Position numbers and translations under genes: made by a program. DNA of 64,000 nucleotides, from the NCBI GenBank assembly GCA_027451865.1, contig DAIDHW010000001.1:81798-145797 (forward strand), read 5' to 3'. Under the pieces are notes generated by a model that saw only the letters and a program-made list of their open reading frames with translations, was not told where the DNA came from and ran no database searches. The stretch is from Leptolyngbyaceae cyanobacterium clean351 (GTDB lineage: Bacteria > Cyanobacteriota > Cyanobacteriia > DAIDHW01). This document shows positions 48,103 through 58,100 of this stretch, one piece after another (positions within the stretch are counted from its first letter, which is position 1; the number at the start of each line of letters is the position of its first letter).

Positions 48103-49671
48103 ATGCCTGCCCTAACTGCTGACCCCAAGGCTCAGGTGAGCCTGCGCACCTGGATCGGTGTTTTAGCCACTCTCCTGGGGGGGTTTATGGCCATTCTGGA
48201 CATCCAGATCGTCAACGCCTCCCTCGACGATATTACCGGTGCCCTAGGCGCAAGCTTAGACGAGGGCTCCTGGGTTTCCACTGCCTACCTGATGGCGGAA
48301 ATTGTCGTCATCCCCCTGACTGGGTGGCTGTCCCAGGTAGTCTCCCTGCGGCGCTATCTGCTGGTAAATACTGCCTTGTTTCTGGTTTTTTCCATTGCCT
48401 GTGGGTTGGCCCATAGCCTCGGGGAAATGATTGCCTTTCGGGCAGTCCAGGGGTTCACCGGTGGGGTGCTGATTCCGACCTCCTTTACGGTAGTTAGCAC
48501 ATTGCTGCCCCCGGCCAAGCGGCCGATCGGCTTTGCCTTGTTCGCCATCTCCGCTACCCTTGCTCCTTCCCTTGGCCCCACCGTGGGGGGGTGGCTAACG
48601 GATAACTACGGTTGGGAATACATCTTCTTCTTGAATGTGGTGCCGGGCTTGCTGTTGATGGCCGGAGTATTGTACGGACTACCTGTTAGCCCCCCCCGCC
48701 CCGATCTATTCAAAAACGGAGACTGGGCGGGCATCCTCACCATGGCCGTGGGTCTGTCTTCCCTAGAATTTGTCCTAGAGGAGGGGAACCGCAAGGATTG
48801 GTTTGGGTCGGCCCAGATCCAACATGCCGCCCTGACATCGGCAATTTTTTTGCCGATTTTCCTGATCATCCAGTTGCAGCGCTCTCGGCCCCTCCTTAAC
48901 TTGCGTTTGTTGGGACGGCGTAATTTCGGGCTGGCGGTTTTAGAAGCCTTTGGGATTGGTTTTGGCCTTTACGGCTCCACTTTTATTTTGCCTTTGTACT
49001 TGGCGGAGGTGCAAGGCTACGACGCCATGCAGATCGGTCTGACAATCATGTGGGCAGGAGTCCCACAGCTGTTTATCACTCCCTTTATCCCTCGCCTGAT
49101 GAGTCACTTTGACCTGCGGCTTTTGGTGGCTGCCGGCTTTGCCTTATTTTCCATCAGTGCCTTTATGAATACCACGATGACCGAGTACACCGGGGTAGTC
49201 GAGTTGATCCCTGCCCAACTAGTGCGGGCTATGGGCCAGCCCCTGATCTTGACTCCCCTCTCCTCTTTTGCCACCGCTGGGATTGAACCACAACAAATTG
49301 GTTCTGCCTCCTCCCTGTACAACATGGCGCGCAATCTGGGGGGGGCTGTAGGCATCTCGGTATTGGATACCCTCGAGTCAGTCCGGGAGCGGTTTCACTC
49401 AGCACGGCTGATGGACGCAGTTTCCCTATTTAACCCCAACACCCAGGAGCGGATTCATCAGCTAAATAATTTTTTAACTAGTCACAGCACCCTGGCCAGC
49501 CCGATTCAATCCCAAGTCTACGCCCTAATCGACAATACCGTGCGCCGCCAATCCACCATCATGGCCTACAACGACTGCTTTTTTGTCATGGGCTGTGTAC
49601 TATTTGGCTGCGCTTTCCTGTCCTTGTTCTTGACTAAGGTAAAACCTGGGGCGGGAGGCCCAGTCCATTAA
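48103..49671 (+). CDS. MFS transporter, DHA2 (EmrB/QacA, 14-TMS) drug:H+ antiporter family
   Basis: The 522-aa product has 14 predicted TMS, with 'LDIQIVNASLDDITGALGASLDEGSWVSTAYL' and motif C 'GPTVGGWL'. Confidence 0.85.
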   Translation: MPALTADPKAQVSLRTWIGVLATLLGGFMAILDIQIVNASLDDITGALGASLDEGSWVSTAYLMAEIVVIPLTGWLSQVVSLRRYLLVNTALFLVFSIACGLAHSLGEMIAFRAVQGFTGGVLIPTSFTVVSTLLPPAKRPIGFALFAISATLAPSLGPTVGGWLTDNYGWEYIFFLNVVPGLLLMAGVLYGLPVSPPRPDLFKNGDWAGILTMAVGLSSLEFVLEEGNRKDWFGSAQIQHAALTSAIFLPIFLIIQLQRSRPLLNLRLLGRRNFGLAVLEAFGIGFGLYGSTFILPLYLAEVQGYDAMQIGLTIMWAGVPQLFITPFIPRLMSHFDLRLLVAAGFALFSISAFMNTTMTEYTGVVELIPAQLVRAMGQPLILTPLSSFATAGIEPQQIGSASSLYNMARNLGGAVGISVLDTLESVRERFHSARLMDAVSLFNPNTQERIHQLNNFLTSHSTLASPIQSQVYALIDNTVRRQSTIMAYNDCFFVMGCVLFGCAFLSLFLTKVKPGAGGPVH

Positions 49672-50939
49672 GGAGTTGGGGTCGGTAGGGTTTCGATCCT
49701 CAGAGCTTGAGGGGGAGTACAGTCAGCAGGGTAGACAAAGTCGACTTGGACCAAGTTTCGCCCCCCTGGGGGTAGGAGCAATCGGGCAAGGGGAGGGGAG
49801 GCTTCCCCCAGGTGCTCCACCAGGTGGTAGTAGTGGGTTTCCGGTTGACCTTGGTTATTGTTGTCAAGGATGCGGACAGTGCCGCGCCAGAAGACGGGGG
49901 AGCCGGGGGGGCTCAAGAAAGTGCCGTTTTTCTGGGGGGTCTGGAGACTGATGGTTACGGTTTGAGCCTCGGAGGTGGGATTGTGCAGGGGAATAGTCAG
50001 GCTATATTCGACCCCGTAGTTACCGTTACCCAGGTAGGCGGTATCCCCGTAGCGCACCTCAGTCGGGGCACTTTGGATCTGGCCTGTGCCTAAGGTCGCC
50101 CCCGGCAGGCTACTAATGGGATAGAGCAGACTCTCCCCAGGACTGGGAATAGTCAGGCTAAAAGCCTGGGGACGGTCGGTGATCTCAGCCTGCCAGCGGT
50201 CGCCCTGGGTCACCCCCGCCACCCGTCCGTACACTACTGGTCCCTTAGTCTGATTGGGGGGAGTAGGAGCCAGGTCCCGGGGAGTTACTAACCCGTCCTG
50301 GTCCAAGACCTGCTCCCACTGGGCTAAAGTGGGGGCTGCTTGACTGTATAAGGCCAGACTAGCTAGGTAAAGGGGGCCATTACTGCGCAACCGTAGCAGG
50401 GCGGAGCGGGCATTAGCAGTCGAATTTGGTGAGTCTACAGGGACAGGTAAATTTACAAGCATCCTTGTCCCGTAAGGGGGGATGACCAGCAGGGCAGGCC
50501 ACTGGGCTTGCCGCCGGCCGCGTAAAATTTCATCTGCTACCCGGTCCCCTGGGCCGGCGTAAACCTTGCCCATGGGGTTGGATACCCGGGGAGGCAGGGA
50601 AATAAAAGGTGCCTCTGGTTGGGTGAGATAGCTAGCACCCTGGAGGATAGCTAAAGTAATCGGCTGAGCAGTAGGATTGGCTACAATTACCCCCAGGTAA
50701 AGGGTGCGTCCCCCTGGGATGGCCCTAGTGACGTGGTGCAAAAACAGGTCGAAGCGACCTTGGAGGGGATAGTTAAGATGAGCAGCCGGCACCGCCTTAC
50801 CCACGGGAGGAAAGGTAGACAGGAGAATCCCATCTCCCTGAACTAGTTCGGGGCTATTACTGTTGAACACCGGCGTGCGGTTGAGGTGGCCAGGCAGAGG
50901 GCGAAACTGCACCCAGGGAACGGGAGAAACAGGGATCAT
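49668..50939 (-). CDS. Conserved hypothetical protein (possibly cyanobacterial DUF3370-like)
   Basis: The ORF is 423 aa and Pro/Gly-rich, with no catalytic motifs recognised. The family recall is uncertain. Confidence 0.5.
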   Translation of the reverse strand: MIPVSPVPWVQFRPLPGHLNRTPVFNSNSPELVQGDGILLSTFPPVGKAVPAAHLNYPLQGRFDLFLHHVTRAIPGGRTLYLGVIVANPTAQPITLAILQGASYLTQPEAPFISLPPRVSNPMGKVYAGPGDRVADEILRGRRQAQWPALLVIPPYGTRMLVNLPVPVDSPNSTANARSALLRLRSNGPLYLASLALYSQAAPTLAQWEQVLDQDGLVTPRDLAPTPPNQTKGPVVYGRVAGVTQGDRWQAEITDRPQAFSLTIPSPGESLLYPISSLPGATLGTGQIQSAPTEVRYGDTAYLGNGNYGVEYSLTIPLHNPTSEAQTVTISLQTPQKNGTFLSPPGSPVFWRGTVRILDNNNQGQPETHYYHLVEHLGEASPPLARLLLPPGGRNLVQVDFVYPADCTPPQALRIETLPTPTP

Positions 50940-50961
50940 GGCAGTTAGTATATGAGAATTA

Positions 50962-51789
50962 TTACCCCTTCAGACCACTGCTAGTATTGGTGGGAAGGAC
51001 GTAGTGCTGCAGGAGAACAAAGGCCACTAGGGCCGGCACAATCGAAATAATCGAACCGGCCGCCACTAGCCGCCAATCGAGGGAGAAGCTACTAGCTAAG
51101 GTTGCTACCCCAAGGGGCAGGGTATACAGTCGGGGTTGGTCAAGGAGGATAAGGGGCCAAAGAAAATCACTCCAGGAGCCGATAAACACAAAAATTGCCA
51201 GGGTGACTAGAGCTGGCCGAATAGCAGGGAGCATCACGTGCCACCAAAGCCCTAATTCGGAGCAGCCATCCATCCGGCCAGCCTCTTCCAGTTCCTTAGG
51301 TACCCCCTGAAAAGCCTGGCGCAATAGGAAAATGCCGAAGGCTGAGGCGGTACCCGGCAAGATCAACCCCAGATAGGAGTTTCGCAGTCCCAGGTGCACC
51401 ATCAAGATATAAAGGGGGATCATAACCACCTGAAAGGGGATAGCGATGGTGGCCACGACTAGGGAAAAAATTACCTGCCGACCAGTAAAATTCAGGCGGG
51501 CAAGGGGATAGGCAGCCAAGGCGCAAAACAGGAGGTTTAGCCCCACTGTGCAACCTGCTACCAGGGTGCTATTAGCCAAATAGCGACCGAAAGGATTAGT
51601 AGCCCAGACTCGGAGGAAGTTATTGAAGGTGGGATGAGCTGGCCAGAACCGCGGCGGAAACTGGAAGATATTTTCCGTCGGGGCTTTCAAAGAGGTGCTC
51701 AGCAACCACAACAGGGGTAGCAGCATTGCGAGGGCAAGGATGGTCAGGAGCACATAGATGCCCAGAAGCTGCCAGAATCGTTTGGGCAT
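50962..51789 (-). CDS. Carbohydrate ABC transporter permease (MalG/UgpE-like)
   Basis: The EAA loop 'ELEEAGRMDGCSELGLWWHVMLPAIRPAL' is present. The internal ATG (MPKRFWQ) is the likely start, as the ORF track extends to a TTG at 51807. Confidence 0.8.
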   Translation of the reverse strand: MPKRFWQLLGIYVLLTILALAMLLPLLWLLSTSLKAPTENIFQFPPRFWPAHPTFNNFLRVWATNPFGRYLANSTLVAGCTVGLNLLFCALAAYPLARLNFTGRQVIFSLVVATIAIPFQVVMIPLYILMVHLGLRNSYLGLILPGTASAFGIFLLRQAFQGVPKELEEAGRMDGCSELGLWWHVMLPAIRPALVTLAIFVFIGSWSDFLWPLILLDQPRLYTLPLGVATLASSFSLDWRLVAAGSIISIVPALVAFVLLQHYVLPTNTSSGLKG

Positions 51790-51868
51790 GGCCTTAAATG
51801 GAAACAAACGCAGACTACGTCAGGGGGACTGCGCCACCTCACCTATGGTAGCTGTCAGGAGGCTTGGT

Positions 51869-52492
51869 TTAGGCTCCATCCCTGAGGGTTAAAAGTCCGA
51901 AGATGAGAAACAAGCCTCCCCCAATACCCATTACCACCCGCTCGGATATCCGCCCTGCCAACATCCGCCCCCCTATAACCGCCAGACCAGTACACAAACT
52001 GTGGCCCAGAACGGCCCCCAGCAGCACCCCTAGGGGTTGGTAAGCAGCAGCCAGAGTAATAGTGGCAATTTGGGTCCGGTCTCCCCACTCAGTGATAAAG
52101 GTCAGGTAGAAGGCCTCCCACACCACCGCGAAGCTAGGTTTGAGACTGATAATGAAGCGAGCCTCTGCCCGGTCTACTGTCTCAGCTGCGGCAGCCACCT
52201 CATCGCCTGTGGGAGAAGCGTACCAGGCATCGTAAAGGAGCTTCAGACCAAAGCTCACTAACAACAGTACTTCCAGGTAGTGGATAACCAGACGGTCCCA
52301 CGCTGACAGGGAGGCGACCAAGTGGCCAAGGAGCACTGATATGCCTGTCATCACTGCCAGGGCTAGGAGTACTCCGGGAAAAACCAAGCGGCGCTGGTGA
52401 CGAGTCGCCAGAATCATCGCCACGAAAAAACTCTTATCCCCGAGCTCAAAGAGGGTAATAGTCACCAGACTAGCAACGAGGGCAGGAAGCAT
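51869..52492 (-). CDS. GDT1/TMEM165 (UPF0016) family cation (Mn2+/Ca2+) transporter
   Basis: It has duplicated 'E-x-G-D-(K/R)-(T/S)' motifs: 'ELGDKSFFVA' and 'EWGDRTQIAT'. The product is 207 aa. Confidence 0.85.
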   Translation of the reverse strand: MLPALVASLVTITLFELGDKSFFVAMILATRHQRRLVFPGVLLALAVMTGISVLLGHLVASLSAWDRLVIHYLEVLLLVSFGLKLLYDAWYASPTGDEVAAAAETVDRAEARFIISLKPSFAVVWEAFYLTFITEWGDRTQIATITLAAAYQPLGVLLGAVLGHSLCTGLAVIGGRMLAGRISERVVMGIGGGLFLIFGLLTLRDGA

Positions 52493-52574
52493 ATCTCATC
52501 AAACTCCTGAGGATGTACCCAGACGAGCTTGATGAGGGGATAAACACACTTCACCAAGCTCACTCTAGGTGTGA

Positions 52575-52712
52575 ACTTAGTGAAGGTCTCGCTCCCAAGT
52601 TTGTCTGCCCGAGACGGGTCAGAACTCCCTGTCGCCCTAGCCAGGCAATCTGCCAGTGTGTTGACTATGGCGGGCTGGGTTTAGCCCCAGCAGCTACTCC
52701 CCTTCAAACTAG
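52575..52712 (-). ncRNA. Candidate yybP-ykoY-type Mn2+ riboswitch in the 5' leader of the UPF0016 gene
   Basis: The minus-strand leader contains 'GGGGAGUAGC' (52702-52693), 'GUCAACACAC' (52665-52656) and 'CUUGG...AGACCUU' (52600-52584). The leader is about 225 nt. The downstream gene family is a known target of this riboswitch class. Confidence 0.5.
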
Positions 52713-52788
52713 ATCTGATCATAAATGATTGTGCCCCCTAGGGATAGATACAACTCCTCAACACCGCCGATGGGCAAACCAAGTTAGG

Positions 52789-54204
52789 ATGCTACTGGTT
52801 TTGGTTTGCCTGAACATGGCTTTAGAATCTTCGTCCTGGTCTCGGTATTGGTTTCCCCTTGCTCTAGCAGGTCTTACTCTCCTGGCCGGGGTTCTCCACT
52901 TCTGGGGGTTAGACCGTTTTAATACCTTGGTATTTGATGAGGTCTACTATCCTAAGTTTGCCAACGACTACCTAACCCATAAGCCCTTATTCGATGCCCA
53001 TCCTCCCCTCGGTAAATACATGATTGCCCTGGGTATGTGGCTGGGGGACCACGCTCCCTTCGGCCATGATGGGGTAGCTAACACCCTGACGGGAGCCCTC
53101 CGGCCCCCCTGGGTTTATCGCTGGATGGATGCCTTCATCGGCACCCTCCTGCCCCTAGTAGTCGCTGGCATAGCCTACCAACTGAGCCATCGGCGTATCT
53201 TTGCCCTGACCGCTGGGTTTTTTATGGCTCTAGACGGTCTTTTCCTCGTTGAGTCCCGCTACGGGCTGATCAATATCTACCTTGTCTTCTTTGGGCTGTT
53301 GGGGAACTGGTTTTTTCTGGTGGCCCTAGAGAGCAAGGGGGGAAAACGGTGGTGGCGCCTTGCTGGGGCTGGTGTCTGTTTAGGGGCTGCCTGCGCCGTG
53401 AAGTGGAATGGGGCAGGCTACCTCGGGGGAATTTATGTTTTTTGGCTCGGCACTTGGCTGGTGAGAGGACAGCTACCTAAAGATTGGGGCCGCCTCCCCT
53501 GGCTGCCCATGGTGGCTAACTTGGGTGTCCTACCAGTGTTGACCTACGTACTGGTTTGGATCCCTCACCTGCAGATCAACCGCGACACCAACTTCTGGCA
53601 GGTGCACTGGCAGATGCTCCAATACCATCTGAGCATGGGAAATGGCCCCCAGGTCCACCCCTACTGTTCAGAGTGGTATACCTGGCCGTTAATGTTGCGG
53701 CCCATGAATTATTTCTATCAGAATGCTCGCAGCCTAAGTGACCCCCTGCCCACCAACGGCCCCCTCTTGCCCGAGAACGTGGGCCATGTGGTTTACACAA
53801 TCGTGGCCATGGGAAACCCGTTTCTGTGGTGGTTGTCTACCGGGGCCATGGCAGCAGTCCTGCTGGGGCTAGTCTGGGGCTGCCTGGTACGGCGCCGCCT
53901 TCACCTTCCTTTGATCCCCTTCTATCTAGGAGTCAACTACCTCGCCAACTACCTGCCCTGGATCGCAGTCCGCCGCTGTACCTTCATTTACTTATACATG
54001 GAAGCGGTGGTGTTTAGCTTTCTGGCTCTGGCGTACCTAGTAGCTAGGGGTCTAGAGCATCCCCAGGGTTGGGTGCGCAGCTTGGCCTTGGGGGCGATTT
54101 TCCTGGTCACTGGCAGCTTCATCTACTGGCTGCCAGTTTACCTGGGCTTGCCCATATCCCTCCAAGATTTTTATCAACACATGTGGTTGAGGTCCTGGAT
54201 TTGA
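52789..54204 (+). CDS. PMT-family (dolichyl-phosphate-mannose protein mannosyltransferase-like, GT39/PMT_2) membrane glycosyltransferase
   Basis: It has 'LHFWGLDRFNTLVFDEVYYPKFANDYL...FDAHPPLGKYMIALG' and a polytopic topology. The start is ambiguous (TTG 52729, ATG 52789 or ATG 52816). Confidence 0.8.
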   Translation: MLLVLVCLNMALESSSWSRYWFPLALAGLTLLAGVLHFWGLDRFNTLVFDEVYYPKFANDYLTHKPLFDAHPPLGKYMIALGMWLGDHAPFGHDGVANTLTGALRPPWVYRWMDAFIGTLLPLVVAGIAYQLSHRRIFALTAGFFMALDGLFLVESRYGLINIYLVFFGLLGNWFFLVALESKGGKRWWRLAGAGVCLGAACAVKWNGAGYLGGIYVFWLGTWLVRGQLPKDWGRLPWLPMVANLGVLPVLTYVLVWIPHLQINRDTNFWQVHWQMLQYHLSMGNGPQVHPYCSEWYTWPLMLRPMNYFYQNARSLSDPLPTNGPLLPENVGHVVYTIVAMGNPFLWWLSTGAMAAVLLGLVWGCLVRRRLHLPLIPFYLGVNYLANYLPWIAVRRCTFIYLYMEAVVFSFLALAYLVARGLEHPQGWVRSLALGAIFLVTGSFIYWLPVYLGLPISLQDFYQHMWLRSWI

Positions 54205-55113
54205 TTACGGTGTGACCCCTGGGGCTTTAGAACTAGAGGGGTGACGCCGGCGGATGCCCCAAAAAACATCGTATAGGAAGCTTCCCCAGGCTTGATGTAA
54301 CCCTAGGGACAGATGGCATTCCTTTTCCTCGAGCAGGGGCCGCATGGTCACAAAGGCCTTCTGGTAGGCGTACCAGGGAATAGAAGGCCATAAATGGTGA
54401 ATGAGATGATAGTTTTGACCCATGATCAACCAATTCATCAGGTGACTGGGATAGATACGAGCATTTTTCCATCGGTCTCGTTCCTGATGGGGACGGTGGG
54501 GGAGATAGTCAAAAAATAAGCCCAGTAACAGCCCCACTACTCCAGCTGGCACAAACCAGAAATTAAATACGTAGCCCACAAAACCGTAGTGCACTCCCAA
54601 AGCCACTACCCCTACCACCGCCAGGCGGCCCAGGAACCATTCCCCGAGTTCCCAGTGGCGCCACAACCGGCGGCGGAAAAAAAATACTTCGTGATAGAAA
54701 AACCTTACCGGAATTAGCCACAGGGGTCCCCCTGTGGACACGTAGTGGTCAGGGTCATTCTCGGGGTCATTAACGTTGGCATGGTGTTGCATGTGCACCC
54801 TGGTAAATACGGGGAAGGAAAATCCCAGTAAAAGGGCGCTGCCGTGGCCCAGAAAAGCATTTAGGGGCCGCCAGGAATGGGCTACGTTATGGGAGGCATC
54901 GTGAATTACTGTACCCGCCAAGTGCAAGGCTAAAACGTTGGTAGCAAAGGAGCACCAGGCAGGCCAACCGCCGCGCCAGTGTCCCCAAGTAGAAAGGGCT
55001 GCCAGACTGACGGCAACCAGAAACAAAAACAAGGTGGGATTAAACGCTCCCGGGGGACCAAACAGGTCTCGCGGAGATGCCAGGAGGGGCTGTTGTGCCT
55101 CTACCAACCGCAT
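54205..55113 (-). CDS. Fatty-acid-desaturase-family di-iron membrane enzyme (CrtW/CrtR-like, possibly a carotenoid oxygenase)
   Basis: Three His boxes are present: 'HDASHN', 'HMQHH' and 'HHLWPSIPWY'. The product is 302 aa, and the specific substrate cannot be told from sequence. Confidence 0.7.
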   Translation of the reverse strand: MRLVEAQQPLLASPRDLFGPPGAFNPTLFLFLVAVSLAALSTWGHWRGGWPAWCSFATNVLALHLAGTVIHDASHNVAHSWRPLNAFLGHGSALLLGFSFPVFTRVHMQHHANVNDPENDPDHYVSTGGPLWLIPVRFFYHEVFFFRRRLWRHWELGEWFLGRLAVVGVVALGVHYGFVGYVFNFWFVPAGVVGLLLGLFFDYLPHRPHQERDRWKNARIYPSHLMNWLIMGQNYHLIHHLWPSIPWYAYQKAFVTMRPLLEEKECHLSLGLHQAWGSFLYDVFWGIRRRHPSSSKAPGVTP

Positions 55114-55167
55114 TAGTTCTCCTATCAGCTAAATTTTTAATTCTTAACAGTATACGACGAAACCAAA

Positions 55168-58100
55168 TTACGGAGCAGGAATCAAGACCTTATCAGTGGC
55201 CGGGTCGGCTTCAGGAGATTTGGCCTCTGAAGGAGGGACCACCTGCCAAAACCGGGGCAAATACTCAGCCCAGTTCTCGAGGACCTGGGCTGCCCGGGGG
55301 CTGCCAGTCAAGTCCGCGTGGGTTTGGATCAGCTGCTTAAGTTGCTGTTCTCCTGCCGGGGTGGTGACTCGCTGCACCTGGACGATCTCGCGATTCACTC
55401 GGGGCACAAACCGCCCATCTTCGTCCAGAAAGTATCCCAGACCACCAGTCATGCCAGCTGCCACGTTCCGGCCAACCGGACCTAGAACTACCACCACCCC
55501 ACCGGTCATGTACTCACAGCAGTGGTCTCCTGCCCCTTCGATGACAGCCTGGGCCATGGAGTTGCGCACGGCAAAGCGCTCCCCGGCAATCCCTTGAGCA
55601 AATAGATAGCCCCCAGTAGCGCCGTACAGACAGGTGTTGCCGATGATGACGTTCTGGGCAGGATCGTAGGTGACTCCGGCAGCTGGACTGATAATGATTT
55701 GCCCACCATGCATCCCTTTCCCCACGTAGTCGTTAGCTTCCCCAACCAAGCGCAGGGTCATCCCCGGGAGATTAAAGGCACCAAAGCTCTGCCCGGCGCT
55801 GCCGACAAACTTGAGAGTAATGCTACCTGTGAAACCCTGGTTGCCGTAGCGCCGGGCCACCAAACCGGCCAGGCGCGCCCCCACCGCACGGTCCGTATTA
55901 ACTATGGGCAAAGGACCAATCTCAAAGCTCCCTTGGTTGTTTAGGGCCTGCTCCAGTTCCGGGTCAGCAATCAGCTGCTCCTCCAGAACCGGACCATTCC
56001 CGTGGACCACCTCGTGGCTCAGCCAGCTACGGTCAGCGCGGGTGTCGGGGAGCTCTAGCAGGCAGGCGAGATTCAAAGCCTTGGGCTTATTCAGATGCAC
56101 CCCAGGACGCTGCCGCAGCAGGTCTCCTCGGCCGATGATAGCCTCCAGGGAGGAGTACCCTAGCCGGGCCAACAGGGAGCGCACTTCCATGGCTACGAAA
56201 TGGAAAAACTCCACCACCTGCTCGGGTAAACCCGGGAACCTTAGCCTCAGGTCTTCCCGCTGGGTGGTGACTCCCACGGGGCAGTTGTTGGTGTGGCAAA
56301 CCCGGGCCATGATGCACCCCTCGGCAATCATAGCAATGGAACCAAAACCAAACTCCTCTGCCCCCATTAAAGCTGCCATCACTACATCCCAGCCGGTTTT
56401 GAGACCCCCGTCAACCCGCAGAATTACCCGCTGCCGCAGTTGATTCTCTAGGAGCACCCGGTGTACTTCAGTTAGGCCAAGCTCCCAGGGCCCCCCAGCG
56501 TGCTTGATGGAACTGAGGGGTGAGGCGCCGGTACCCCCGTCGTGACCGGAAATTTGGATCACATCGGCATTAGCCTTGGCCACCCCTGCCGCCACCGTGC
56601 CGATGCCTACCTCTGCCACCAGTTTCACTGATACCTGGGCTTTGGGGTTAATATGGTGCAAGTCAAAGATTAATTGAGCCAGGTCTTCAATAGAGTATAT
56701 GTCGTGGTGGGGAGGGGGAGAGATTAAGGTCACCCCAGGCTTAGAGCGACGGAGCATAGCAATGTAGGGGCTGACCTTGGGCCCAGGTAACTGGCCGCCC
56801 TCCCCGGGCTTGGCCCCCTGGGCAATCTTGATCTCCACTTGTTGGGCATTGATCAGGTACTCGGGGGTGACTCCAAAGCGTCCGGAAGCCACCTGCTTGA
56901 TGGCGGAGCTAGCGGTATCACCGTTTACTAAGCCCTTAAGGTGCGGAAAGGTATGAGAGTGGCCAGTGGCGTCTACATCCCCTAGGGGTAGGTAGCGGTC
57001 CGGGTCTTCCCCCCCCTCCCCGGAATTAGACTTGCCCCCTAGGCGATTCATAGCGATCGCTAAGGTCTCATGAGCTTCTCGGGAAAGGGCCCCCAGGGAC
57101 ATGCCACCAGTACAGAAGCGGCGGACAATTGTCTCTACGGGTTCGACCTCGGCCAAGTCCAAAGGGGGCCGGTCCGGCTGCAAGTCTAGCAAGTCCCGCA
57201 GAGCCGTCGGTGGTCTATTTTCCAGGAGTTGTTTGTAGACCTGGTAGTGGTCGTACTCGCTCGTGGCCAGAGCCTTGTGCAGAGCCTTGATCACCTCAGG
57301 ATTATTCATGTGGTACTCAGAGCCTGGCCGGTACTGGACTAAACCAAAATTTTCCAACTTCTTTGTGCGCATGTGGGGGAAGGCCTGATGGTGGAAGGCC
57401 TCCACCTCCCGAGCCAAGTCCTCTAGGTCTATCCCCCCCAATCGTGAGGCAGTACCCCGAAAGCCAACCTGGAGCAGACTGCCGCCAATCCCTACGGCCT
57501 CGAAAATTTGGGCCCCATGGTAGCTAGAGAGCAGAGAAATACCCATCTTAGAGAGGATCTTCAGTAGACCATCAGCCAAGGCTTGGCAGTAGTTAGCCTG
57601 GACTTGGACAACGGAACTCGGCTTAATCTTCCCCGACTCCATCAGGCTTTGCACTCGGGGGGTATGCCACCACTGCCGGACCGTCTCTAAGGCTAGGTAG
57701 GGACAGACAGCCCCAGCCCCGTAGGCTATCAAGCAGGCTAAGTGGTGAGTACTCCAGACTTGGGCTGAGTCTACCACTAGGGAAACCCGCATCCGCAAGC
57801 CCTGACGGATCAAGTGGTGGTGAACAGCCCCAACTGCGAGGAGAGGAGGAATGTAGGTGAAGCTTTCACTGACGCTGCCGGAGGTGCCATCAGGCCGCTG
57901 CCGGTCACTGAGAATCAAGACTCGGCTGCCGCTAACCACCGCCTTGGCGGCTGCAGTGCTCAGCTGGTCTAGGGCAGCACCTAAGCTGTGATTGACCTCA
58001 AACAAAGTGGACAAGGTCTCGGTAGCTAGGCTAAACTCTGCCAGAGATGCCAGCTCTGACTCCTTCAGGATGGGAGAACTGATCTTGAGTACGCGGGCGT

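Noticed and set aside
57052-57059. HIP1 palindrome GCGATCGC as an organism or repeat signature
   Set aside because: There is only a single occurrence in 64 kb, so it is not an iterated element here.
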